Positions 1 through 12,000 of a DNA stretch of 64,000 nucleotides are shown piece after piece. How positions within the stretch are numbered: position 1 is the first letter of the stretch; each line of letters begins with the position of its first letter. Source of the DNA: Cyanophora paradoxa CCMP329 (Eukaryota; Plantae; Glaucophyta). The notes under the pieces are model-generated. The model was not told the origin of the DNA. It searched no databases and worked only from the letters and a program-made list of their open reading frames with translations. The translations under genes and the position numbers were made by a program. The stretch spans positions 310,001-374,000 of the forward strand of contig QPMI01000044.1 of the NCBI GenBank assembly GCA_004431415.1. The letters are read 5' to 3'.

Positions 1-3000
1 GGGCCGGGGCCCGCCCCTCTGGCATTGTGCGGGGCCTGACGCGCCGGCCGGGCAGCTTCTTCATGTGGGGCGTGCGGTGCGGCGAGAAGGGGAGCGAGGA
101 GAACCTCCTCGTCTGCTGGAGCGCCCCGCACCGTCCGCGCCCCTCCCCGCCCGGTCCCCGCCCCCGCGCGCCGCGGCCCCTCACGCGGCCCCGGCCCGCA
201 GTGATCTACCTCGGGGTGAGCATCATCGCGCTCCTGCTCTTCGTGCCCTACGCCTGCCTCATGGCCCTCGTTTACCACGGTCGGCCCTCCAGCTCCCTTG
301 AGCCGCCTGCCCTCGCTCCGCCCGCTTTGACCGGGCCCGGTCCGCGGGCGCGCGCGCGGCAGACCGGAAGCCGCTGTCGCGGGACATCGAGTCGCGCCCG
401 CACGGCCGCTTCGACTTCCTCTACCTCCTCATCCGTACCGCCATGGCGCGCCCCGCCCCGCCCCGCCCGGCCCCGCCGGCCCCGCCCGGCCCCGCCCCGC
501 CCCGCCCCGGCCCCGCCCCCGGCCGCAGCTGATTCGCGCCGGCGGCGCCCGGCAGGTCCTGATCACGGCGCTCGTCCCGGCGAGCCAGGTGGCGGCCATC
601 AACTTCACCATCTTCGTCCTCATGCTCCTCGCCGCCGGTCCGCCGCCGCCGCGCGCGAGGGATCCGCAGCCCGAGCTGACGCCGGCGCCGGCGCGCGCGC
701 AGCCTTCCTCATCGTGGTGCAGCCGTTCTACCGGCCGCGGATCAACGCCTTCCGCTGCGCGCTGATGACGAGCGCGGCGGTCTTCGCGCTCTGCTCCTGC
801 TTCCTCTCCTTCCTGGACACCGGCGCCAAGCTCGTCGCCTCCGTCGCCTGCCTTCTCCTCTCTATCGCCGCCCTCCCCGCCGGCTACTACATCTCCCGTG
901 CGCCCGCCCCGCCCCGCCCCGCCCCCCGCGGGGGCCGCCCGCCCGGCCCCCTTCTCGCGCTGACCGCGCCGCCTCGCGGGGCCCCGCGCGCAGTGATGTA
1001 CGTGCGGAAGGTGCTGCGGCGGCACATCAACGTCGAGGCGCCGGGCCCCGCGCGGCTCGCCACTGTGGACGAGGCGGGCGAGGAGAGGGCGGCCGCGGGC
1101 GAGGCGGGCGCCGACGGGGCCGGCTTCGAGGCGACGGGGGCCCTGAACGCCGGCGGGAGCTTCGCGCGGCGCGTCACGAAGGCGGCGCTCTCGGAGAGCG
1201 ACGACCTCAACGACGAGGACTTCAGCTGGCGGCGCCTCTTCCTGCGCGGCTACTTCTCCGAGAGCAAGTTCCTCTCCGAGGGCGAGGTCGAGGTCGCCAC
1301 CCGCTTCCTCCGCCGCGACCGCTCCCCCGAGGCCCTCGAGCGCGCCGAGGTGCCTCGTTCCCCGCCCCGCCCCGCCCCGCCCACCCGCCCCGCGCCGACT
1401 GCGCGCTCGCCCGCGCGCCCCGCAGGCGATCTACAAGCGCGGCATGGCCCAGTTCCCCGACTCGTCCTACGTCCGCATCTGCTACGTGCGCGCGCCCCCC
1501 CCCGGCCGGGGCCCGCGCGTTCGCGGCCCCGGCTCACTTGCGCCCGGCCGGGCGTCGCAGGCGAGCTACCTGATCCACTTCCGCAAGAACGCGCCCAGCG
1601 GGCTCCTGGAGCTCAAGGGCGCTTGGAGCACCAAGCCCCGCTTCGACATGCGGTGCGCCTGCGCACGCCCGGCGCCCGGCCCGCCGCCCGCCCGCGCAGG
1701 CTAGCGCTCTGACGCGGGCCCGGTCCGCCGCGCAGGTTCGCGCTCTCGTCGATCCGGCGGGACTGGGAGCAGATGAATACGGGGGGCGCCATCGGCGAGG
1801 AGCTCAACTTCGTGGGGATGCTCGAGTTCAAGCGCTTCTACGGGGAGGCGCAGAAGCACCACAAGGAGTGCCTGCGGCTGCTGAAGGCCTTCTGGCGGTA
1901 CCTGGCGAAGAAGAGCAACGGGAACCTGGGGACGGGGGTCGTGGAGGACGTCCCCAAGAAGCTCGCCGGCATCTACGCCGAGAAGCGCCTCGCCACCTCC
2001 GCCTACGAGAACCTCGTCAAGAAGTACCCCAACTCCAAGGTCCTCCTCCGCGCCTACGGTCCGCCACGCCCCGCCGGGCCCCGGCACCGGGACCTGCGGC
2101 CCTGACGGGCGCGGCCGCGGGTCTCACGCGCGGCGCAGGGACGTACCTGGAGGACGTGGGGAACGAGCCGGAGAAGGCCGCCGTGCAGTTCCAGCGCGCC
2201 GACGAGATCGAGGAGAAGGAGGCCAAGCTGCGCGGCGCCGGCTCGAGCCAGGGCGACCACTCGCGCACGAACGACGACAGCTCGGGGACGGGCAGCCACT
2301 CGCAGGGGACCGGCTCCGAGGGCTCCTCGCAGGCGGGCCAGGCCAAGAAGCGGCGCCGCCGCGGCCGCGAGTACAAGATCCAGACTAAGGAGGTCGACGC
2401 CGTCAAGCGCCTCTCGTACGGGTGCGCCCGCGCCCCCGCCCGCGCCCCGTCTGCTTAAGCTCTCATCCGAACTCGGCTGAACCCGCCGCGCGCGCGCGCA
2501 GCATCATCACGGGCCTGATCGTGCTTATGACGATCGTCGCCGTGACGTACGTCGTTGTCCGTGATCTCTTCGAGCAGTACGGGAAGAGGTCCGGCTCGCT
2601 TCGCCGCCCCGCTTCGCGGAGCGGCGCTGACGGCCGCGGCGGCCGGCGGCGGGCAGCATCAACCGGAGCCGGACGATCAGCCAGGAGCGCCGCGCCATCA
2701 GCGACATCACCTACTACGGCGCGCCCGCCCGCTTGCCCGCGCGGCCGCCTCTTCCGTGTTCCGATCCATGGCCACTCGCTGACGGCTGGCGCGCGCGCGC
2801 GCGGGGCGCAGTGCGGTCGCTGAACCTGATCGCGTTCGACAACGACGCGGAGACCTTCAAGCAGCAGCAGGACCTGCTCAACGTGGTGCGCCCTTCCCTC
2901 GGGCCATCGATATCGGATCTTTCTGCAGCTGTCTAATTTTCGCGCGTTTTCGCAGGCTGTGGACGAGTTCCTCAAGTACCACCGCATGCTCTACCTCACG

Positions 3001-6000
3001 AGCGACCCGGGCAACGTCGCCTCGTCAGACGCGACTGTAAGGACCGCGTGGACCACGCCCTCGATCGCCATCGAGTCGTGGAACCCGGGCCCGCCGGAGC
3101 GCATCACGACGCAGCTCCGCAACCTGTGGGACGCCGGCAACCTCTACAGCGATAACGTGCGCGCCCGCAGCCGCAGCAGCATGCGCAGCCGCCCGCGCCT
3201 CTGTTCACCGCTGACCGCGGAGTCGGCGCGCGCGCCCGACGGCTGGGCAGGCGCGGGAGTTCCAGTTCGCGAGGATGGAGGACCTCGTCGACGTTCAGAT
3301 GAACCCCCTCTTCCGCTTCGTGCGCCCCGCCAGTCCCCCGCCCGCCAGCTGCGGGCCCCGCCCCGCCCCCGGCCCAGGCCCGACGGCCCGGCCCCCGGCA
3401 GGTGATCCGCAACGGCGTCTTCGGCATCCTCGACGGCTCGCGCCGCGCCGTCACCGCCTACACCGACGAGGTGGACGCCCCGCCCTCCCCGCTTTCCCCA
3501 GCCGCCCCCGCCCCTCCCCGCCCCTCCCCTCCCGGAGGCCGCCCCCCACGACACCGACCGGAGGCCGACTGCCGCTGCGCGCGTTAAGCTAACGCGTCAG
3601 CCCGGAGCAGATCTAGTCGGAGCGCTAGAGTGACTCTTGGCACTGCGTGCACGTGCTCGGCGTCCGTCTTTGTGGCGACCATCTTATTCTCGCTTTTCGG
3701 AATCGTCCGGGTGAGATTTGTGCTGACTTGGGCGGTGGTTTCGCGCTTGCTCTCCCGCTATTTCCTGCTTTTGCTCGCATCCGCGCGATTAGATTACGAA
3801 TGGTCTGCCCAGTGGTTCCTATGCCCCGCTAACTTGCTAACCCCTCCCAAGCGATCCAGCGGTCCGGGGGTCTGCTGGGCGGCATGCTCGGCATCTTCTG
3901 CACAGCCATCCTAGTTCTTGTCTTCGGCGTTTTTCGCGTTGAGTGGACCCCCGATTCTGCGTTTTCTGCGCGGCCCGCCGGCCTCGGCTGCTTTCTTTCC
4001 CTCGCGGTTTCGCGGCCCCGCGCTGACGGCCGCTCCTCCGGTCCCCGCAGCCGGCGTTCAAGAAGGTCAACGCGATGCAGAAGGGCATCGTCGAGGTCTG
4101 CCGCGCCGCGCCCCGCGGGTTTCGCGGGCGCTGACGGGGCCGGGCCCGCAGATCCTGATGAACGTGCCGCGGCCGGTGATCCGCGCCATCTCGAAGCACT
4201 ACTCGCGCAAGAAGCTCGGCGGCGCCGCCGACGAGTCCGAGGAGTCCAGCTCGGACGACGACGCTGATGACGACAAGGCGCGCTCGCCCGAGCCGCACCC
4301 GCGGGTCGAAGGCCGCCGGCTGACGGGCGCGCGGCAGGCGGTCAAGTTCAAGAGCGCGAAGAGCATCGAGAACTTCGCGGAGGCGCCGGCGGCCAAAGGC
4401 AGCGAGGGCGAGGACGGGGCCCACACGCACCGCACGGACGGGACCGAGGACAGCGAGACAGAGAAGAAGCGGCTGCGCAAGGAGCGCAAGGCGGAGAAGA
4501 AGCAGGAGCGGGCGGAGCGGCGCGAGGCGAAGCACGCGGCGCACGTCGCGGCGGCGGAGGAGAAGAAGCGGCACGAGCACGAGAGGCACAAGGCGAGGCA
4601 CGGCAAGCAAGGCAAGCACGAGAAGGGCGCCGAGTCGGGCAGCGAGGGCGAGGCGGCGGCGCACCCGCACAAGTCGGCGAGCGTCAAGCGCGGCCAGGTC
4701 GCCCCACACTCGGCCAGCATGCACCTGAAGACGTCGGCCACGCCGCGGGCGGAGCAGCTGGCGGCGCCGCCGACGGAGGAGGCGCCCCCGCGGCCGACGG
4801 CGTCGCCCAAGTGCTCGGCGCGGCTGCGGCCGTCCTCGATGGAGGACGTCGCCGCGGCGGCGGCGGCCGCGGCCGCCGGCCGCCCCGCGGTGCCGGCGCT
4901 GCCCCACGTCGTGAGCGACGTCCTCACCTTCAGCCGGAGGTGCGCGAGGCCTAGAGGGGCGAGCGCGGGCGGGCGGCGCTGATCGCGGGCCGCAGCGACG
5001 ACGAGCGGGAGGAGCGGGAGCAGCCGGTCGACTCGAGCTCGGGAGCCGGCTCGAACAGCCCGCACAGCCCGCACAGCCCGCTCGACGTCCTCGGCCTCTC
5101 TTCCCCGCCCCTCCGTGCGCCCCGCCCCGCCGGCCCCGACCCTCGAGGCGCCTGCCGGCTCTCGCGACCGCTCTCGATCGCCGACGGTCGCCCCGCGCAG
5201 AGGAGGCGAGCTCGAAGGGCTCGAAGAAGGTCGAGGATGACTTCTCGATGATGACCGTGGACCTGGGGTCCTCCGTCAAGGCGCCGGCGGCCTCGCACGT
5301 GACGGAGTTCGGCGGAGAGCCGGCGCCGGCGCCGCGGCCGCGGCGGTCGAGCCTGCGGGGCGGCAACTCGCTCGGGGCCGACTCGAAGTACGCGCGCGCC
5401 GGCGGCCGCCCGGGGGCCGTCCAAGCGCTGGGCGGGGAGGGGATCGAGCTGGCGCGGGCCGAGTCGCGGGAGGACCTGAAGCCGCTCTCGAAGGGCTTCC
5501 TCGAGCGCATCCTCGCGGGCGGCCCCGCCGAGAAGAGCGCCTGGGACGTGAAAGACGACGAAAAGGGCGCCGCCGGCGCGCTCGCCAACGGCGAGGAAGA
5601 GAAGGCCGGGACCGACGTCGCGAGCACCGACGAGCAGCCGGGGAGCAGCGGGCACGGTGCCGCCGTGCCAACGGTCGACGCCGACGAGATCGACAAGAAG
5701 TGAGCGACGCGGATCGATATCCGAGCCGCGCGTGGCGCGCGCGCCGGCGCTCATGATCACGCCGCGGCGCCGCCGGCGGGGCGCAGGTTCACGGATGCGG
5801 CGGCGAAGACGCTGCGGCGGCTCACGATGAAGTACGTCCTCGGCTTCACATTCATCACCCTCGTCCGCCCCGCCCCGCCGCCTCGTCCCGCGTCGAGCCG
5901 CCGCCGACGAGCCTCTGCCGACGACCGTCCCTGCCCCGCAGGTCTGCGGAGCGAATATCGGTATGCCCTTCGCGCTTCGCTTTCCGAGTGCCCGTGGGAC

Positions 6001-9000
6001 TCCGGTTTTACGCACTGCCCACTATGTTCCATCTCGTTAACGCGTCGCCCCGCCTCCCACTCATACGCCACAAGCCACCCTCTACAAACCCCCTCCCAGA
6101 GCCCCCTTCCCCTCCCCGATACCCCTCCCCGAACACACTACCCCCTCCCCGAACCCCCTTCCCGAACGCACGCCCTGACATACTCCCCGAACCGTCTCCC
6201 CCAAGCTACCATGCTGTGGTTTATGGCGCGTACGCGTGGCCCCATTGCTGACTGTTTCGCTCGCTCGCCCCGCTCTCGCCCCGTCCCGTCTGTCCCTTCG
6301 CCTGGCGTCCTCTCTTAATCTGGTGTCTTCAAAGGCGTCTGCTTCTTTTTCAGTGCGTCCCCAGCCCCCCCCTTGGAATCGTCTGCGCATGCTGACTGGC
6401 GCGCAGTGGTATCGTCTGCTGTTCTTTGAACGGGGATGCTTAATTATAAGCAGCAAGACCGCTAACGGCGGGAGCGCGGGCCGCGATAGGCTGTCGGGAT
6501 TTTGCGCAAACTCGCGATATACCGCGAAATCACGCCCCCTCGCGCCCGGCCGAGCGCCGCGCCCCGCCGCGCGGCTCACGCCGCTCGCTTGCAGGTAAGC
6601 CCCACCAATTGCGCGCCCTCTTCTTTCTTTCCCCACTACCATTCTCAGTAAGCCCATTATCCATTTTCAAATTTCTCAGTAAGGCTCAGTAACAAATCAT
6701 AAATTAGCACTGTATTTTTCAAACATCTAACTCCTCCTTACTGAAACCAATCACAAAAACCTACATATAATCTTCTCTCTAATCCCTTACCATTTTCAGT
6801 AAGCCTTTATTCCGCCTTCCGATCTCTCAGTAAGGACAGTAAGACCCTATTTTTTGCGTAATGTTCCCGATCCTTGTCAAACTGTTTTCAGTAATTCAAA
6901 TTGAAAAATCAAGGTGAGCCCCACCGATAGGTTAAAACAACTTATGAAGTGCGTATATCCCCACTTAAAGATTTCCCACTATACAAGTATAAAGATGCCG
7001 GGTAATCAGCTCCCCTTACCTAAAAGTAAACTGTGCAATGTGTGCAAAGAGGTCAAGCCTGCATTGTGGTTCCCTTTGCGCAAGTGCAAGTCGGGAAATA
7101 TAACATTATATTGGAGATGCATAGAGTGCCACCGTGACTATCAAAATGATCACTATCACAATGTCTTAAAAACGCGTCCGAAAATCGAAGTACAATCGAA
7201 GATATGCCCGGATTGCAAGATTGAGAAGCCTGCAAGCGAGTATAATAAAAAGCAAAGTACGAAGGATGGTCTCTACTATAAATGCCGACAGTGTTATAGT
7301 GAGACTCGGACAAGCTAATCAATGAATACCTAATCGAATTTCATTTTATATTTTTTAAAGCAAGTTTGTGCTGCCGAAAATGCCCACCTGCACAAACTTG
7401 CGAGATCAAGGTAAGCCCCACCGACAAAGTACGACGATAGACCACGTTAAAATACACTCGCGCCCCGCCCACTATGCAAGATACATGCAAACTACATGCG
7501 AGTTCTATGAAAACAATAACGATTTAGTCATGTATATATTTCGTATATATGTCCGAACCTCCGTGTGTGTGATCCCGCACAACTTTGAATTTTTTGGTTT
7601 TTTTTGTTTTTTTTCGCATATGACGACATATACATATATATACCGGCGTCACCGACATATTCGGGGTCATCACATCGCGGCGATTCCGAAAACATATAGC
7701 ATGCCAGAAAGTAGTTTTTGAAGTGTTTTTCGATGTTCAACCAATCGCAAGCAGGGCGAGGAGGCTTGTCTAGGCTTGTCGAGGCGGCTTGTCTAGGCTT
7801 GTCTAGGCTTGTCTAGGCTTGTCTAGCGGCTTGTAATTGTAATTGTAATGCTGACGGCTTGTAATTGTAATATAGCATTCATGAGTGACAGGGGGGATAC
7901 CTAAAAGGAGACAGTTCTATTCATAAAGGAGACACCGGGGATACCATAAAGGAGACACCGGGGATACCGGATAAGAGACAGGTTTCTATTGACAGGTGTC
8001 GACAGCTGTCGTTTCTATTGACAGGTGTCACATGCAAAAAAAACCAAACAAAAGGCAAACAAAAACAAACAAAACAGCAAAACTAACAAAACTCGAAAAA
8101 CAAACGAAACCGCACCACAAACCGTTAAACGCTTGTATCTCTTCACCAGCTCATCGCCTCGCAAAACCAAAAATAGCGCCGTGACCGTCTTGACGAGACC
8201 AGCACGCACATGTAGATATCATAGGGTCATTAAAATATGTGTCAAATAATTAATAATGGATTCCCGATACCGCGGCTACCACGTAATGCTTGACTATATA
8301 ACCGACCCGTTCACCGAGTCTCCGGAGGCATGCGCCGAGTGGATCACAGCGAACCTATCGCAATATATCACAGATCGCAATATGCGCATCGTGCACCAGC
8401 ACACTTGCATTTTCGATGGCTCTATTTCCCCTCCCGGTTTCGCGATTGGCTTTCTATTAGATGAGTCGCATGCCACAGCTCACTCTTATAGCGACCAGGG
8501 GCTATTAGCGATCGATATCTTTACATGCGGCTCAAATGCCGAAGCAAAGACGATGGGTATAGCACGGGACATTAACGAACTCATACAGGAAAGGCTGAAA
8601 GTGCGAAAGTGGGACTTACAGGTCGAGCAAAGGTTCCCAATTTCATAAAAAATGAAAAAAACGACAGATATATTTAATGCTCCTTGATCGGAAACTTGCC
8701 CATTAGCGGGTGATCGAGACCCATGACATACCAGCATCGCATAACGGGATCCCAGCGGGCTTTCTCAGCCTTCGCTTGATCCTTAAATTCATAAGGAATA
8801 TCGAGGTAAACCTTCACGTTTCTTTGATACACTTGCTCATAGCTTAGAGTTTTGAACTGAGAGCATAGGGGGTGATCTTTCTTCGTGACATACCAGCATG
8901 AATTCTCACGATCCCACTTTCCACCGAGGGATTTCGCAACGTCTTTTTTATCAAACGGAATATCAACATAATACTTTTCACCCTCCATCTCTTTTATATT

Positions 9001-12000
9001 TACCGGAGAAAATAATTTCGGGGTTTGTTATGAACGAGAAGACCGAAGAATGCGCGTAGTAGGGGCTGTGTAGCTTGCGCTCTGATTCTTGAACGATTTA
9101 TACCACCTCTGACTGTTTACCTCTGAGAGCTTCTCAGTTCCCGCGATCGTTAGTTTAGCGAGCTCTCTCAGCGCCCTCTTTGTCTTTTCTGCGCGATCTT
9201 CCAATAAAGCCCCTTTCGGAACACTTGCGGCGACATCTATGCCTTCCTTTTGAACCTGCCGGATCGAAGCTGCCTCTACATCAGCCGCTAAAATAGCGTT
9301 GCCTGATGGCTCCACCACAGCCTCGACCTCTGTAATGATTTGCAATTCGTGCGGCTTAAAAAGCTTCGGCATTACGTTCCCCGCTGCATCTTGCACCTCT
9401 ATCGCGTTTCCTCTCCTTCCCGCAATTTTGTAGACCTCTCGGCTATACCTTTGGGTCGCTCCTTTATCAAACTTTGATCTCGGCAATAATACACGGACGT
9501 GGAGACCCGGCTTAAAGTCGCTGAATATATCCTTTACGATTGTGTTCTTCTTTGAAATAATAGCCGCTCGGATCCGCTCCATATCAGAAAGCTTAACATC
9601 TGCGGGTTTCATTCCTATGGTTCTGTGAATGGTGTTATTATAATTGAAAACGAAGTCGTCCAGCTTGTCCATAAATCGCACTGTGTTATAAGCGACACAA
9701 TAATTATTTATCATCGTTTTAAGGGTCAAATGAAAGCGATTCATTATTCCCAGCGAAGTGTGATCTCCGACCTGTTTAAAGCGGTGTTCTATTCCATTAT
9801 TTTTAACGACCTCCTGAAACTCCTTCGCGATGAATTCCGAACCGTTATCTGTCTCCAATCGAATCATCGGAGCCGGGAGCTCTGTGAGCATCTCCGCAAA
9901 AGCGGCGGCAACACTTGCGCCCTCTTTGTTCTTTAACTTCTTGGCATATGCTTTTCGGCTTGTCATCTCGATGAGAGTAAGGACTGCAATGTAGCCGGAA
10001 TTATAGCTGCCATATGAGAGATAAAAGATGAGATCGGCTTGGTAGCACCACGGCGGGGCTGTGATGGGAATAAAAGCTGTTTGGGTCGGTGCGGGGGGCT
10101 TCTTGTTGATCTGCATAAATTCTTGTTTCGCTGCGACATCTTGCACTTCTTTTAATGTGAGGGTCTTGTCCTCTTTTCTCAGCTCTTCGTATATCGCGGA
10201 CGGGTTCTTAAAACCTGTCTTCGGGTCATACATGCGTCGCACGATCTTAGAGGACGGGTTAGCAATGCTAAAAGGAACATCTCCTAATAAATTTGATTTT
10301 GCTTGGCGTTTTGTGATTTTTTGGGGGACTTGCTCAGTTTCAGGAACCGCGATAGGTAGAATGGTGGTCTCCGTTTCCTCGCCCGCTACCCTTCTGACGA
10401 TCCGTGACATTCTTCTAATTAACCCTGTTTATTTTTTGCTGCAATTGCACCCGTGATGCGCGAGTTGACAATTGTCTTTAAGATGTGGGCGCCTGTTGTT
10501 TATGCGATCCACGACGAGCCTATAATTCGGATCTTGCGGCTCAATCGGAATCGGAAGGGAACAGATCGCACAGGCGCCCTTCTGTTGCTTCTTGCGCTCT
10601 AATATCCACTCCGGCGTAATATAATCCGTCTCGTCGAAATCGCGCCCGGCACGCTGATCCTGGCATTTGTAGCCGCGAATCTTCGTTTTCAGATATTCGA
10701 TGTAGTCATGCTTACCTTGGAACTTGTGAATCGGTGTATAAATCAGCACAGTGGACAGATCGCGGTTACGAGTTAGCGCGGTATAGAACCATTCGCGAGT
10801 GGTATAGCGGAACGTAGCCTCACAAATGACAATGCCCGAATCAAGTGTGAGACCTTGCGTTGAATGACCTGTTCCTGCATAAGGGAGAGAAAAATGTTCT
10901 AACATCGCGCACGGAACCTCGAACGTTACACCATCGAAAACGTCAGTTAATGTGACCATTTGCTTTGTGATTTTGGTGATTCGATAGGTGTAATTTGTGT
11001 ATGCATTAATAGACTCACCCTCAGACCGCGAAATGCGTAGATACCTGCGGCAAACGACTTCCAGACCCTTGTAGAATTTGATGCCATTGACCTCTACGGT
11101 TGGGATATTTACTTTCCGTCTATCGTGCATCAGTTTGTTATAGGCTAAGGTCATTTCGTTTCTGTAAGCGATGCCAAAGTAGCCGTCAGGAATTGCGTTT
11201 AGATCATTAATTGTCGGCAACCCGTATTTCGAGATAATCTGTGCGGCTTCGAGTCCGTTTTCGAAGAGATCCTCTTTGATCGCCCGAATTAATTCACGGT
11301 CTGTCTCCTTCTTGTGCCGCTTGTTAATGCGTAGACTCAGGACGTTAGGGAACATGCTCTGCACAGCGCGCTTATAGTAGCCTTTGCGATCAGAAACCGA
11401 GAGGTCGTCATTAATCGGTTCGTTCTGATAGGTATCGCCATTAGCCAAATATTTGATATCCGGATAGCGATCGATAAACGACTTGATCTTAGCGAGATCT
11501 TTTACAGAATACGCGAATATCTCGTCGAACATAATGTGACTGAACTCGGAGACGAACGCCCTCTGGTCTTTTTCGCTCATAGCCTCTTCGTAGGTCTGAT
11601 CATTTGAGACACGGATCCCGAGAACATTATACAAAGTACGAACGGTAATATTCTCGATGCCGCGGACTTTGAGAGAGTCCCTTAGCTCTGCGCACTGTTT
11701 GTTATAGGGGCAAATAACTAAGCAATTCGACTTCTGAGATGCGAAACAGTTAATACCGAGTGTCGACTTTCCACTTCCGGGCATGTCAGCAAGGACAAGC
11801 ATACGATTATGGAGCTCCGCAACCCAATTAAAGCACTCAGGATTAAATTCGTCCCTCAGCGAGAACCGGTTAATGAGTGTGTCGGGATCCTGAAATTCGA
11901 GAGTTACACCCCGTGGTGGGCGGAGTGCATTCTCAGGGCATCTTTTCCCGGGAATATAGCTGAATTTGCCCATGTTCTCAAACGCATTTCGGTCGAACTC

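Noticed and set aside
27-6015. Long Pro/Arg/Ala-rich six-frame ORFs in GC-rich host DNA (also 36767-64000)
   Set aside because: Artefacts of high GC and read-through of introns; only the spliced exon segments give recognisable proteins.
7762-8030. Possible CRISPR-like array
   Set aside because: Repeats are short and mostly contiguous with no unique regular spacers, and there are no cas genes.
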